NCBI GenBank assembly: GCA_018659605.1
Contig: JABJMA010000002.1
Location: forward strand, 1-46,825
Length of the DNA: 46,825 nt
DNA from: Rickettsiales bacterium
GTDB lineage: Bacteria; Pseudomonadota; Alphaproteobacteria; Rickettsiales; JABIRX01
Direction: 5' to 3'
Below are positions 21,729 to 32,346 of the stretch, piece by piece; within the stretch, counting starts at the first letter, position 1, and each line of letters opens with the position of its first letter. The position numbers and the translations under genes were made by a program. Below the pieces are notes generated by a model. That model did not search any database. It was not told the DNA's origin and saw only the letters and a list, made by a program, of their open reading frames with translations.

Positions 21729-24728
21729 TTAATGTAATGACCAAGTTTTAGTTTTTAATTGTTCCAATTCATCTTTAACTATTTCTGCTCTTATACCAAA
21801 ATCAGAGATAGTGTTGTCAAAAATTTCTGAGATATTTTCTTTAGTTAGATCTGGATCCTCCCAGATAGATTTTAATATCATTAAAATATCGTCATTATCT
21901 AGCTTTAAGAGTGTTTTTGATTGTTCTTCAGTTATTAAGGAGTGAGTTAAAATAATTTTAAACTGAGTAATATTCCTAACAATATTTTTCTCATTAGAAC
22001 CCCTCTGCATTACTTCATCAACAAATATATGAGAATCTAAACATATATTTAAAATATAATACATGTTACAATCTTGATCATCTTTATAAAAACTTTTTAT
22101 CTGACTTGTACTATATTCAACTGGTAGTAAATCATCAAAAAGGTAAATCCATTTAATTACGTTATTAAGTTTGAAATTTTTCTCACAAAAGCAATACCGA
22201 AAAAAACTATCCATAATAAAATGATAATCTGCCTCTAATTCTTGACTAAATCTTACAATTGATGATTTATCAGGAGTAATAATACCACATATATTTGCAT
22301 ATTTAACCATTAAATGGTTGATTGCTAACTCACTTTTGTCAATATCAATTCTAAATACATCATAAACAGAATAGGAAAAGTCTAGCTTTCTCAGTAGCTT
22401 AAAAAAATAATCTTCATGCAACCCCTCTTCCAAACCTCTATCTAGCTGATTTTTCACAGCACTTAACAACATCGCACCATTAGTTGCTTTAAACATATCC
22501 ATGATCTGATTTATAGATAATTTGCCTTTACCCTCTAGGAAGTCATCAATTGGGACGGCTAAACTATCAGATACACCCACTTGCCTACGATGAGATAGAG
22601 TTTCATTCGCCTGAAGGTAATTTTCAATCTGCTCAACTCTTAATGGCAATAAAAATAACCTTATATCTAACTCCTTAATTATAATATCCAGCGCTTCATA
22701 AAAATTATTATGTTTTAATAGCTCAGATTTATCGCTCTGACTACACATTATAGTTGTAACATTAATTACAAATTTATTCTTTCTTAAAAACCCATTTGCA
22801 AGTAACTTTCTCTTATTCCCAAGAGCATCGCTATCTATTTTTTTTATTGCTATACTTTTTCCTGAATAACAATCTATTTCATCTCTAACTGTTTTGTTAG
22901 AATAAAATTTTTGTTCTAATATATTTTGCCATAATTCTAAATCTGATATTAATAACTCTTTCTTTTTTGATACTATTGCATCTTCTATACTACAATATAA
23001 GTCCGCATAGAAATCATAATCAAAATTATTCTCTTTAATAAGATCAAACCAATCTCCAAAATTCACTACAGTTATTATATTCTGATTAATAGCATGATAT
23101 GCTGTTTGTAATAATGTTCGCTTATATAAACATTCTTCTTCGACTTTCTTATCCGTTATTAAGAGATGTATCAAGGTTGAAAAAGATTTAATTTTTTGAT
23201 ATGTTGAATTAATTCTATCTGTTTTAAAAATATATGACGACATAATATCTTGTAGCATAATTTTCTTATTTGAGAGAGGTAATCTGTTTAATATAGTCGC
23301 CAAAAAAACTTCAGCATCATTTTGAATAATACCCGGGCCATATGTTATACTTATATAATCACTTGCTGTTTTTATAGCTGCTAACATTTTTGGGAAAGCC
23401 TCAAACTTCTCTGCAATATTTTCTAGGGAAACTTTTTCATCTTTCAGATATTGTACAATTACTTTATTAATTATTTCACTATATTTTATGTCATTCACTA
23501 ATGTTATTATTTGCTGATTATAACCCATAGAAACAAGCTGATTAACAGCTATAGTTATTAATAAACTTTTATATGATTTTGTTTCTTTAGCCCTATTATT
23601 ATAATTGGGATAATATGATTGTATGAATAATTGTCGGACAAACTCTTCTGCTAAATTACTTTTATTAATAATTTTATTTGCCCATTTTTCTATGTCTGAT
23701 ATTGGAGCCTCTTGTGATGCTCTCAGCCCATGCACTACCTGCCTAGCTACTTCACTTGCACCAAAAGAATTACATAAACTTATAGCCTCAAACCATTCAT
23801 CAATATTCTTGATATCTATTACTCCAACATTAATCCCAACCTTGATAAAGCTGCTTGTAAGGCTTTGGAATTTTTTGTTTTTAACCTTTAATAAGGCCTG
23901 ATTCCACAATGGAACATTACATGGTGCAATCTTCTTATCATGCAATAAATAACTAATTATAATTTCACATTGATCATCTGAAAAAGAACATTTGTCACAT
24001 ACATTATCAAACCATTTAAAAACATTATTTGCTGTCATCATATCCTGATTAATAGCAGACTTTATTAAAGCAAAGATTCTAGTTCTAATATTTAAATTAA
24101 TTTCTTCTATTGATACTTCATTTATTTGCTCTTCTATAAAAGATAGTAAATCTAACTCTATTAACTGATATATTTGATTTATTCTTTTATATAATTCTGG
24201 GATTTGTTTTAACTCTTTTTCAGAATCATCAAAATTAGATTTTACTTTATCAAATATTTCAATCTTAACAACATATGATAATTGCTTAAAATCTTTTTTT
24301 ATTACTATTAATCTGCTGTCAATAGAGAAGCATTCTTCTAAAGAATTTTTAAATTCTGCTTTTAATATTTCCAAATTAAATTCCTGATCATTAGGAGAAG
24401 GATTACTTTTTTTCTTTTTTTTCTTTTTCTTTTTTTTTATTGTTACTATTCCGTCATCTGAAGATTTTTCTGACATAGAATCACCATTTACAGCACCTAA
24501 TGATGAAAAAATTTCTTGAGTTGCATTTATAGCCCCTGAACTTTTAATAACTTTTTCTTTTTCAGAGATTTGTTCAATTGATGGGTCATCTGCTAATAGC
24601 AAATCGATTTCTTTTTCCAATCGTAATCTTAATTCATCTTCCTCATAACTTATTTCATCATCACTAGATAATAATAGATCTAAATTCGGCTTATATATGT
24701 CCTTATTCTTTTGATTTTGATATCTCAT
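21729..24728 (-). CDS. Large hypothetical helical-repeat protein with a poly-Lys tract
   Basis: 999-aa open frame, acidic N-terminus, K10 run, recurring 'I...N...WF..I' units. Confidence 0.75.
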   Translation of the reverse strand: MRYQNQKNKDIYKPNLDLLLSSDDEISYEEDELRLRLEKEIDLLLADDPSIEQISEKEKVIKSSGAINATQEIFSSLGAVNGDSMSEKSSDDGIVTIKKKKKKKKKKSNPSPNDQEFNLEILKAEFKNSLEECFSIDSRLIVIKKDFKQLSYVVKIEIFDKVKSNFDDSEKELKQIPELYKRINQIYQLIELDLLSFIEEQINEVSIEEINLNIRTRIFALIKSAINQDMMTANNVFKWFDNVCDKCSFSDDQCEIIISYLLHDKKIAPCNVPLWNQALLKVKNKKFQSLTSSFIKVGINVGVIDIKNIDEWFEAISLCNSFGASEVARQVVHGLRASQEAPISDIEKWANKIINKSNLAEEFVRQLFIQSYYPNYNNRAKETKSYKSLLITIAVNQLVSMGYNQQIITLVNDIKYSEIINKVIVQYLKDEKVSLENIAEKFEAFPKMLAAIKTASDYISITYGPGIIQNDAEVFLATILNRLPLSNKKIMLQDIMSSYIFKTDRINSTYQKIKSFSTLIHLLITDKKVEEECLYKRTLLQTAYHAINQNIITVVNFGDWFDLIKENNFDYDFYADLYCSIEDAIVSKKKELLISDLELWQNILEQKFYSNKTVRDEIDCYSGKSIAIKKIDSDALGNKRKLLANGFLRKNKFVINVTTIMCSQSDKSELLKHNNFYEALDIIIKELDIRLFLLPLRVEQIENYLQANETLSHRRQVGVSDSLAVPIDDFLEGKGKLSINQIMDMFKATNGAMLLSAVKNQLDRGLEEGLHEDYFFKLLRKLDFSYSVYDVFRIDIDKSELAINHLMVKYANICGIITPDKSSIVRFSQELEADYHFIMDSFFRYCFCEKNFKLNNVIKWIYLFDDLLPVEYSTSQIKSFYKDDQDCNMYYILNICLDSHIFVDEVMQRGSNEKNIVRNITQFKIILTHSLITEEQSKTLLKLDNDDILMILKSIWEDPDLTKENISEIFDNTISDFGIRAEIVKDELEQLKTKTWSLH

Positions 24729-25132
24729 AGATCTCTAAAATATTTTATTAAAATCAATAATAAACTTATATTGCTTTTCCATTCTATAGCTTAGGTAATT
24801 TGCTCATAAAAAATATATGAGAAGAGCCGAGTCAATTTTAGATTTTATTAATTCATTATTTTAGCACTTGCAAAACTCTAGTAATATTATTTACCAGGGT
24901 TGTATCATCTCTCCCTTCTTTTGATTCTGTTAAAGATTTATGTAACTTACTATTTTATATCCAATCTAAATATCGCACATTATCTCATATATCTATCCAT
25001 GTTATTTATTGGTGCGCATATATAACAAACTATATTGTAAACTTCTAGTGATAAATAGATAATAGCTTAGGAAACCACATATCTTCATAAAACAGTTTCT
25101 ATCCATAAATCAGACACTTACCAAAAAAGAAC

Positions 25133-26026
25133 TTAAATGTCTAAAAATGTCAATACTGACTGTCTTATTGCAATGCCATTTGCAACCTGCTTTAGAATCA
25201 TTGATGAGAGACTATCGGCAAACTCATTGCTAATTTCAACACCTCTATTAATTGGTCCGGGATGTAAAATAATTAAATCTTGTTTACGATTTATCAAATT
25301 ATGATCATTCAAACCAAAGAAATAACCATATTCTTTCTCTGAAGCAATAATAGAATTCTTCATACGTTCCTTTTGAATTCTAAGGGTCATTAATACATCT
25401 AGATCTTTTACCACCTCTTTTAGTGAGTAACAAAGCTTAGCATTAGGTATGTTAAGCTTATTGGGCATTAAGCTATGAGGCGCTATTAGATATAAATTAG
25501 CTCCCATTTTAGACAATAATTTAATATTGGATCTTGCAACCCTAGAATTTATTAAATCTCCACAAATACCAATATTCAACCCTTCAATTTGATTCTTATT
25601 TTGTAAAATTGTAAAGCAATCCAATAATGCCTGGGTAGGATGTTCCCTTGCACCATCCCCAGAATTTATAACAGATGCATTTGTATATTCAGATAATTTT
25701 TTTACGAAACCTCCTATTGAATGCCTTATAGTAATAAAATTAGGATTCATTGCAGATAGGGTTTTTATAGTATCAATTTCACTCTCACCTTTCTTAACTG
25801 CAGATGTTGATACATCTATATTTATAACCTCTGCACCCATATTTTTTGCCGCGATTTCAAAGGATGAGCGCGTTCTAGTAGAAGCCTCAAAAAAGAGATT
25901 GATTAACTTCTTATTAATTAAAATATCTGAAATTGGATTTTTAACAAAATAATTAGCCTTCTCAAAGATCTTATTAAGCTCCTCTAATGTAAAATCATCT
26001 ATTGAAATTAAATTACGTACCATCAC
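25133..26026 (-). CDS. pyrB: Aspartate carbamoyltransferase catalytic subunit
   Basis: FFEASTRTRSSFE, GDGAREHPTQALLD, LRIQKER, HPGPINRGVEI. Confidence 0.98.
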   Translation of the reverse strand: MMVRNLISIDDFTLEELNKIFEKANYFVKNPISDILINKKLINLFFEASTRTRSSFEIAAKNMGAEVINIDVSTSAVKKGESEIDTIKTLSAMNPNFITIRHSIGGFVKKLSEYTNASVINSGDGAREHPTQALLDCFTILQNKNQIEGLNIGICGDLINSRVARSNIKLLSKMGANLYLIAPHSLMPNKLNIPNAKLCYSLKEVVKDLDVLMTLRIQKERMKNSIIASEKEYGYFFGLNDHNLINRKQDLIILHPGPINRGVEISNEFADSLSSMILKQVANGIAIRQSVLTFLDI

Positions 26027-26027
26027 C

Positions 26028-27074
26028 TTATTCTTTTGTTGGTTTTAAAATTGATAAGATTTCATCACTAACTAATCCTTTTGATACAGCAGCCTCAGCA
26101 CTTTCTATCATTGTCTGCATACCATGTTTTTTTCCAACCTGTATCATAGAATATATTTGTGGAATATTTCCTTCACGAATTAGATTTTTTACAGCATTGG
26201 TTGAAATAAGTATTTCATGAATTGGATGACGACCATTTCCATCTTTCAATGGTACTAATCTTTGTGATATAACAGCTGATAAACCCGTAGATAACAAAGA
26301 AGTTGCAAGCCCTTTACTTTCTGCAGGAAATACATCTAATATTCTATTTACCGACTCATAAGCATTATTAGTATGCAAAGTAGAAAATACTAAATGCCCT
26401 GTTTCAGCTGCCGAAAGTGCTAGTTGTATCGTTTCAGGGTCACGCATCTCACCTACTAAAATAATATCTGGATCCTCACGAAGTGCTGCTCTAAGAGCAT
26501 TGGGGAAGGATTTTGTTGATTGATCAATTTGCCTTTGATTGATCAAGCTCTTATCAGATTTATAGACAAACTCTACAGGATCTTCAATCGTCAATATATG
26601 CTTCTGCTTGTTTTGATTAATATAATTAATCACCGACGCCAATGTCGTTGATTTTCCTGATCCTGTGGGACCAGTAACCAAAACCAACCCCTGATGTAAA
26701 TTACATAAATCCTTAATTATATCAGGTGCATTAATTTCTGTAATATCTGGAATTTCAGAAGGTATCTTTCTAAAAACTGCACAAGCACCAGATATATTAT
26801 GAAATGCATTAACACGAAAACGGCAATAATCTCCAAAATTATATGCAAAATCAAATTCCAACTCTTCTTTATAAATCTGATAACTTTCTTTAGATAAGGT
26901 TAAAGCAATAATTTCATCAACTTCTTCAGCTGAAAGTGTAAAAGACCCTACAGGTACTAATTCACCATTCAACCTAACTCTAATAGGTAAATTAGGAATT
27001 ATATGAATATCCGAAACACCGTCTTTTTTGGCGCATGATAAAATCTTGTTAAGAACTTCTTGTGGATTATCCAT
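26028..27074 (-). CDS. pilT: Type IV pilus retraction ATPase PilT
   Basis: RFRVNAF, Walker A GPTGSGKS, TIEDPVEF, LREDPD, AAETGHLVFSTLHT, and PilT-specific AVKNLIRE (AIRNLIRE) and GMQT. Confidence 0.95.
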   Translation of the reverse strand: MDNPQEVLNKILSCAKKDGVSDIHIIPNLPIRVRLNGELVPVGSFTLSAEEVDEIIALTLSKESYQIYKEELEFDFAYNFGDYCRFRVNAFHNISGACAVFRKIPSEIPDITEINAPDIIKDLCNLHQGLVLVTGPTGSGKSTTLASVINYINQNKQKHILTIEDPVEFVYKSDKSLINQRQIDQSTKSFPNALRAALREDPDIILVGEMRDPETIQLALSAAETGHLVFSTLHTNNAYESVNRILDVFPAESKGLATSLLSTGLSAVISQRLVPLKDGNGRHPIHEILISTNAVKNLIREGNIPQIYSMIQVGKKHGMQTMIESAEAAVSKGLVSDEILSILKPTKE

Positions 27075-27951
27075 TTTTATTAACTCCTTGGCTTTCTTGA
27101 ATTAAACGTTCTAACACTTTATATCTTTTATGAACAGAATTCCTTGGTATAAGATTTTGATGATTTCGATATCGTGAATTATATAGGATTTGTTTATATA
27201 GCAAATATGCACTTCTATTATTACCTAAATAATCATAGCTAAGTGCTAAATTATAAGAAAGCTTAATATCATTATTATCTGATTTAAAAGCCTCTTCAAA
27301 AGAATCCTTTGCACTTGTATAATCATGCTTCATAGCATATAAATAACCTAATTGTGCAGATATTATTTTATTATTATGTAACATGTTAATATTTTGCAAT
27401 AATGCAATCCCCTCATCAGGCATATCTTCACCAACCAGCACAATATAATTATTCAATGCAACCTCATGATCAGGGTCTGATAATAAAACATCGCTATAAA
27501 ATTGCTTAGAAGTTTCAATATCGCCTAAACGATGATAGGCTGAACCAATAGCAGTTAAAATATCAGGATCAGAGCCATATTTATTAAGAAATTCTTCATA
27601 GTAAAAAATTGCAGCCTCGTAATCTCCCTCAATAAGACTTAAATATGCTTTATTATTCAATGCATATCGTTTTTTCTTTGCATCGCTATTGGTGGAGATT
27701 GAAATATCAAAATTATAATCTGATACCTCTTGCTTATCATCAGGATCTAAATATTCACTCTTATAATTAAAACGATCCAACTCATAATTAGTTTGACGTT
27801 TATCCTCTATAGCTTGATTTTTTTGACTTAAATATACCTGCTCAAAAACAGAAAACTCGACCAAATCCTCAGAATTAGCAATATTAGGTAATAGAATTAA
27901 AGATAGCCATGAAATTATTGTGCAAATATTTTTAGTAAGTGTAGATCTCAT
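27067..27951 (-). CDS. Exported TPR protein, probably pilus-associated
   Basis: Signal-peptide-like N-terminus (..LPNIANS), TPR units (IGSAYHRLGD, LGYLYAMKHDY, YNLALSYDYLG). Overlaps the pilT start. Confidence 0.75.
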   Translation of the reverse strand: MRSTLTKNICTIISWLSLILLPNIANSEDLVEFSVFEQVYLSQKNQAIEDKRQTNYELDRFNYKSEYLDPDDKQEVSDYNFDISISTNSDAKKKRYALNNKAYLSLIEGDYEAAIFYYEEFLNKYGSDPDILTAIGSAYHRLGDIETSKQFYSDVLLSDPDHEVALNNYIVLVGEDMPDEGIALLQNINMLHNNKIISAQLGYLYAMKHDYTSAKDSFEEAFKSDNNDIKLSYNLALSYDYLGNNRSAYLLYKQILYNSRYRNHQNLIPRNSVHKRYKVLERLIQESQGVNKNG

Positions 27952-28099
27952 ATACCTACTCCATACCTAAAATAAGATTTATAGTAGATTTATGAAATTT
28001 ATGGTCTAACAATAAGAGTTTGTAATTTAGCATAATTTTTATCTTTAAGATAAAATCAGTAATATATTTTTTATATAAAATATCAATGTAAATTAAACT

Positions 28100-29182
28100 A
28101 TGGGTTATTATAAATATTTACGTCCATTTTTATTTCTACTTCCAGAGGAGTTTTCTCATAATCTAAGTATTAATTACCTAAAATATCTATCATTTAAAAA
28201 GCGTTCTGAGCTCTCCCATATCTTAGAAAATCATATTTTCGATATGTATTTTACAAACCCCGTTGGGCTCGCAGCTGGCTATGATAAAAATGCAGAAGTT
28301 TTTAGTAAATTATATAATTACAACTTTGGTTTCATTGAATGCGGAACCGTAACACCCGAACCACAAATAGGAAATGAGAAACCAAGGTTATTTCGCTTAA
28401 AAGAGGATAACGCCATTATAAACCGATTTGGCTTTAATAATGTTGGTATGTTAGAGTTTCAGAAAAATTTTACAAAAGGTAAAAATAAAATTCCGGCAGG
28501 TTTTCCAATTGGAATAAATATTGGTAAAAACAAGCATCAAGAAGATTTCCTAAGTGATTACCTAACCTTAGTGGAAAGATTTTACCCTGTTGCAAACTAC
28601 CTTACAATTAATATTTCATCACCGAATACTCCTAATTTAAGAGATATTCAATCTCTAGACAACCTTGATACTCTTGCCCGCAATATCAGGAACTTATCAA
28701 AAAGGCTAGAAAAAGATCATAATAAAAAAATACCGATCTTATATAAAATAGCCCCGGACCAAACCGAAGAATCTCTTCAAGACATCTGCCTTATAAGCAC
28801 CAAGTATAAATTTGATGGTCTTATTATCAGTAATACCACTACCACAAGACCAGAATTATTAAAAAGTAAGAATAAAAATGAAAGCGGTGGCCTAAGTGGC
28901 AAACCACTCAAAACTCTAGCTAACAGAATCCTATCTGAAATCTATATTGAAACTGATGGAAAAATACCTCTTATTGGTGTTGGTGGTATTGACTCAGCTG
29001 ATGATGCATATTACCGTATTCTTAATGGGGCTAGCTTAGTCCAAATATATTCTGGTCTAATCTATAAAGGCCTAGATCTGGCAAATCAAATTAACAAGGA
29101 ATTGGCTTATACTCTAAAAATAAATGGCTTTATGAATGTAAGCGAGGCCATTGGATCTGGTATTAATATAAACCCTCTATAA
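28100..29182 (+). CDS. pyrD: Quinone-dependent dihydroorotate dehydrogenase
   Basis: NPVGLAAGYDKN, INRFGFNN, NISSPNTPNLR, KIAPD, GGLSGKPL. Confidence 0.98.
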   Translation: MGYYKYLRPFLFLLPEEFSHNLSINYLKYLSFKKRSELSHILENHIFDMYFTNPVGLAAGYDKNAEVFSKLYNYNFGFIECGTVTPEPQIGNEKPRLFRLKEDNAIINRFGFNNVGMLEFQKNFTKGKNKIPAGFPIGINIGKNKHQEDFLSDYLTLVERFYPVANYLTINISSPNTPNLRDIQSLDNLDTLARNIRNLSKRLEKDHNKKIPILYKIAPDQTEESLQDICLISTKYKFDGLIISNTTTTRPELLKSKNKNESGGLSGKPLKTLANRILSEIYIETDGKIPLIGVGGIDSADDAYYRILNGASLVQIYSGLIYKGLDLANQINKELAYTLKINGFMNVSEAIGSGININPL

Positions 29183-29188
29183 TCATTA

Positions 29189-29848
29189 TTACTGCAAATC
29201 TAACTGCAGCACTAAATTACACCCTTTTGTCTGACTTGCCACATAGTAGTCATCTGTATTATTTGTACATAATAATGCTGTTGTAGTGCCGAAAACACGA
29301 TATGTAACGCGCCCAGTATTAGGCCTAGAGTCATCCAGCTTGGAGTCGAGGCGTTCTGCATCAGCGGGGGCAAATATGGCATTATTACCATTATTTGCTT
29401 CACCCAGTTGAATAACATTTACATTTTGTACCAAGAATCCTTCTAATTCCGCAGTATAAATTAACCTCATAACGCTACCTAGCTTAGCACTTGATCTAAA
29501 GGCATAATCAGATTCTGTAGCAGCATAACCACCTAATATTAAATCCGCAGCACTTAAATGCACCATTGCATTATAGGATTCAGAACTATATTCAACTTTT
29601 GCATCACCATCTCCATTAATTGCTGAATCAAAAAAGCTTGTAGCATTCTTTAAATCCCCTGGCAAACCATTATAAATATCATAAAAACTTTTTATTCCTG
29701 TCTCTAGATCATTAATTTCATATATAATCTTTTTAATACGAGCATTAGCTATAAACTCACGAGATATTAAGGCCATGCTAAGTAATATACTTATTACCCC
29801 AACAACAATAGATAATTCCAATAACGTAAAAGCTTTTTTCATCTGCAT
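29189..29848 (-). CDS. Type IV prepilin-like protein
   Basis: KKA|FTLLEL class III signal with E+5, hydrophobic helix, LPGD, NGDGD, LDSKLDD, C-terminal Cys pair. Confidence 0.88.
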   Translation of the reverse strand: MQMKKAFTLLELSIVVGVISILLSMALISREFIANARIKKIIYEINDLETGIKSFYDIYNGLPGDLKNATSFFDSAINGDGDAKVEYSSESYNAMVHLSAADLILGGYAATESDYAFRSSAKLGSVMRLIYTAELEGFLVQNVNVIQLGEANNGNNAIFAPADAERLDSKLDDSRPNTGRVTYRVFGTTTALLCTNNTDDYYVASQTKGCNLVLQLDLQ

Positions 29849-29854
29849 AATTAA

Positions 29855-30607
29855 CTAATTCACATCAATATAGAATAGTACATTGCATAAGATGGATGTA
29901 TCATCAATATTATAATTCCCTACTAATACTAGAGCACTTCCATTACAACTTTCTGCATTATAAAATCTAATTTGAACAATACCATTCCACATCACACCAT
30001 CATCTAATTTATTATCAATTTTTAAAGCCTGTTGGGGAGATAGCAGTGGATCATAAGGCATACCTGCACTGTTAATCTTACCAAAAACAATGTAATGAAA
30101 TCTGTCAAACCTTCCTCTATACTCAGATGTTTCCGTTGAACTATCTAGGATTGGAGAAAAATAACCAAAATCGAAATGTGATTTAATAAATTTATCATCG
30201 GAAGATCCTGTATTAACATCCCCACTATATTCACCATTAACCAAACTTGCTAAAGCCATATGTTGAGTAGATTTAAATGATTCATCCTCACTTTCAATAG
30301 AGTCATCTCCATCTCCATTACAACCACCATTTGCAATAACATCATCAGTACCACAAGCTGTACCAAAAAAATCATAAGCATTATTCATATCACCTGGAAC
30401 TGCATCATATAACATATTAAAATCAAAATATGCTGTTTTTAATTGCTGATACTCGCTTGAAATAATCAACAACTTATTATTAACAAGTAAATTACGCGCA
30501 TATAGTACTGCAGATAATAATATAGATATAATACCAATGACTAAAGTTAGCTCTATTATAGTAAAAGCTTTTCTATTTATTGTCCTAATTTGCAAATCTG
30601 CCAACAT
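29855..30607 (-). CDS. Type IV prepilin-like protein
   Basis: RKA|FTIIEL with E+5, VPGD, NGDGD, IDNKLDDG, C-terminal Cys pair. Paralogue of the adjacent gene. Confidence 0.88.
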   Translation of the reverse strand: MLADLQIRTINRKAFTIIELTLVIGIISILLSAVLYARNLLVNNKLLIISSEYQQLKTAYFDFNMLYDAVPGDMNNAYDFFGTACGTDDVIANGGCNGDGDDSIESEDESFKSTQHMALASLVNGEYSGDVNTGSSDDKFIKSHFDFGYFSPILDSSTETSEYRGRFDRFHYIVFGKINSAGMPYDPLLSPQQALKIDNKLDDGVMWNGIVQIRFYNAESCNGSALVLVGNYNIDDTSILCNVLFYIDVN

Positions 30608-30754
30608 TAACCCCTTTGATATAAAGTATTAATCTAGCAATATCTAACAATAAATAGCAATAATCTTATAATTAATTTTCTTAGAATCTGTAGAAAAAAA
30701 GAAATGTAAATAATATTAATAATAAATTAGATTTATCACCAATAACTAACAATA

Positions 30755-32224
30755 TTAGGCTAAATGACTATCGAGACCACTTGATTCAGAAAGTTCTTTT
30801 CTTTGAACCTGTGACCATATTTGCTGCCCTAAATGCGTTGTTTCAAATAACTCCTCAAGATCCTCTGATTTAACACCATTATTTTTTAACTCCTTTGCCA
30901 AGCCCACAAGTTCCGAATAGAAATAACTAGCATATGTACTTACATTTGGATTAGCTATTTTCTCAGCTAGAAATTCAACACCACGAGCCTTTAAATCATT
31001 AATGTCAAAATCTGAATTTTTATTCCTTAAAAACTTAGTTAAATCTTCAATCGAAATATCTTCTAATTTTACAGTTGTACGCTCTTGCCCGTCTACCCTA
31101 CTCCTTAACGTCATATCACCTAAATACTTAACAGCCTTTGTTTTGCTCTGCGGTGCAGATTCCATACGCCCCGAAGAGCTATTTAGGCGACTTATATTTG
31201 AATTGAATTTTTCCTTTGGAGAAATAGTTAAGCTTTGGATTTGTGTAATAATATCTTCTATTTTTGCCGCTTGACCGCTCATTGTAACCGCTTGCCCGGA
31301 AACCTCGCTAGCTAAAGAACTAACCTCTTCTTTAGGTATAAAAGGTACCACATTACTAGGAATATAAGATTGTAACTCGGCATGTAAAGAAGCATCGATC
31401 TTGGGATTTCTAATAAGATTCAAGGCAATTTCAGCCTTGTCAGAACTATTACATTTGCCAAAGACACTAACCAAAACTCTTTGAACAGGCAAAGAAAATT
31501 CAGCTCCTCTTTCCAAAGCAGTTTCAACAAGAAAGGCATCAAAAATTCTGCTAGCCAACTTTATAGCTATATCTTCATCCAATAACCCACCACTTAGTGC
31601 AATTGCATAATCATGAGAATTATTTATACATTGAACCAAGCCTATTTGTTCACTACGCTCAACTCTCATTTCACTTAATGCATAAGCAGCATCTTCAGAC
31701 GAAGTCTGACTGCCCTTAGCTTTAATCTCATTTGTTTGAATATATCCCGATATCTCTTGAGTAAGTGAGGGGTTTAAATTACCTGCAGATATAATAGAAG
31801 ATGCATCATCGGATTTATCTAACTGACTTTCGTTTGACCTTTTAAAGGCACCAATTAGCGCCTCTTGTACCACTACTGGAAGTAGATTACCTTGCTCAAA
31901 AATCTTTGCTACAATCCTGGTTGAATGTATTCTTTTGGCTATTTTTATAGCTATCACAGGATGTATATGGCCACCAGATAATGCAAGCGCTGCATCATTT
32001 GTATTATTCACATTTCGCAAGAACTGTGCTTGCGAATCAGGTGTAAATGAACGATGAAATAAAAAACTAGCTGACAATCTAGAGCCTTTAATTTGCTCTA
32101 TCAATAAAGGAATATCCGACTCTTTAGGATTTGATAACAAAGCATTAATCACCTGTTGCACACCAACAGGCCTAACTCTAATATAGAACTCTCTAGCAAC
32201 TTTTGGAACAACTCCTCCCCTCAT
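30755..32224 (-). CDS. Hypothetical repeat protein (paralogue of 32347..33426)
   Basis: 489-aa ORF, upstream AAGGAAAGG RBS, repeated N..DAA.ALSGG units. Confidence 0.8.
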   Translation of the reverse strand: MRGGVVPKVAREFYIRVRPVGVQQVINALLSNPKESDIPLLIEQIKGSRLSASFLFHRSFTPDSQAQFLRNVNNTNDAALALSGGHIHPVIAIKIAKRIHSTRIVAKIFEQGNLLPVVVQEALIGAFKRSNESQLDKSDDASSIISAGNLNPSLTQEISGYIQTNEIKAKGSQTSSEDAAYALSEMRVERSEQIGLVQCINNSHDYAIALSGGLLDEDIAIKLASRIFDAFLVETALERGAEFSLPVQRVLVSVFGKCNSSDKAEIALNLIRNPKIDASLHAELQSYIPSNVVPFIPKEEVSSLASEVSGQAVTMSGQAAKIEDIITQIQSLTISPKEKFNSNISRLNSSSGRMESAPQSKTKAVKYLGDMTLRSRVDGQERTTVKLEDISIEDLTKFLRNKNSDFDINDLKARGVEFLAEKIANPNVSTYASYFYSELVGLAKELKNNGVKSEDLEELFETTHLGQQIWSQVQRKELSESSGLDSHLA

Positions 32225-32346
32225 AACCTTTCCTTTTTATTATTAACTATTACATTTAACAAATATTTATAATAATTACAACTAAAATCATTTAGTTTAT
32301 TACATATAAACAATAATAAATTGATATTTCATGCAATATTAAAAAA

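Noticed and set aside
25011-25038. GGTGCGCATA, identical to the start of the E. coli dif XerC arm
   Set aside because: No TTATGTTAAAT-like XerD arm at the 6-bp spacing.
24890-25120. Possible IS or pseudogene remnant downstream of pyrB
   Set aside because: Only very short frames, with no convincing transposase motif or terminal inverted repeats.
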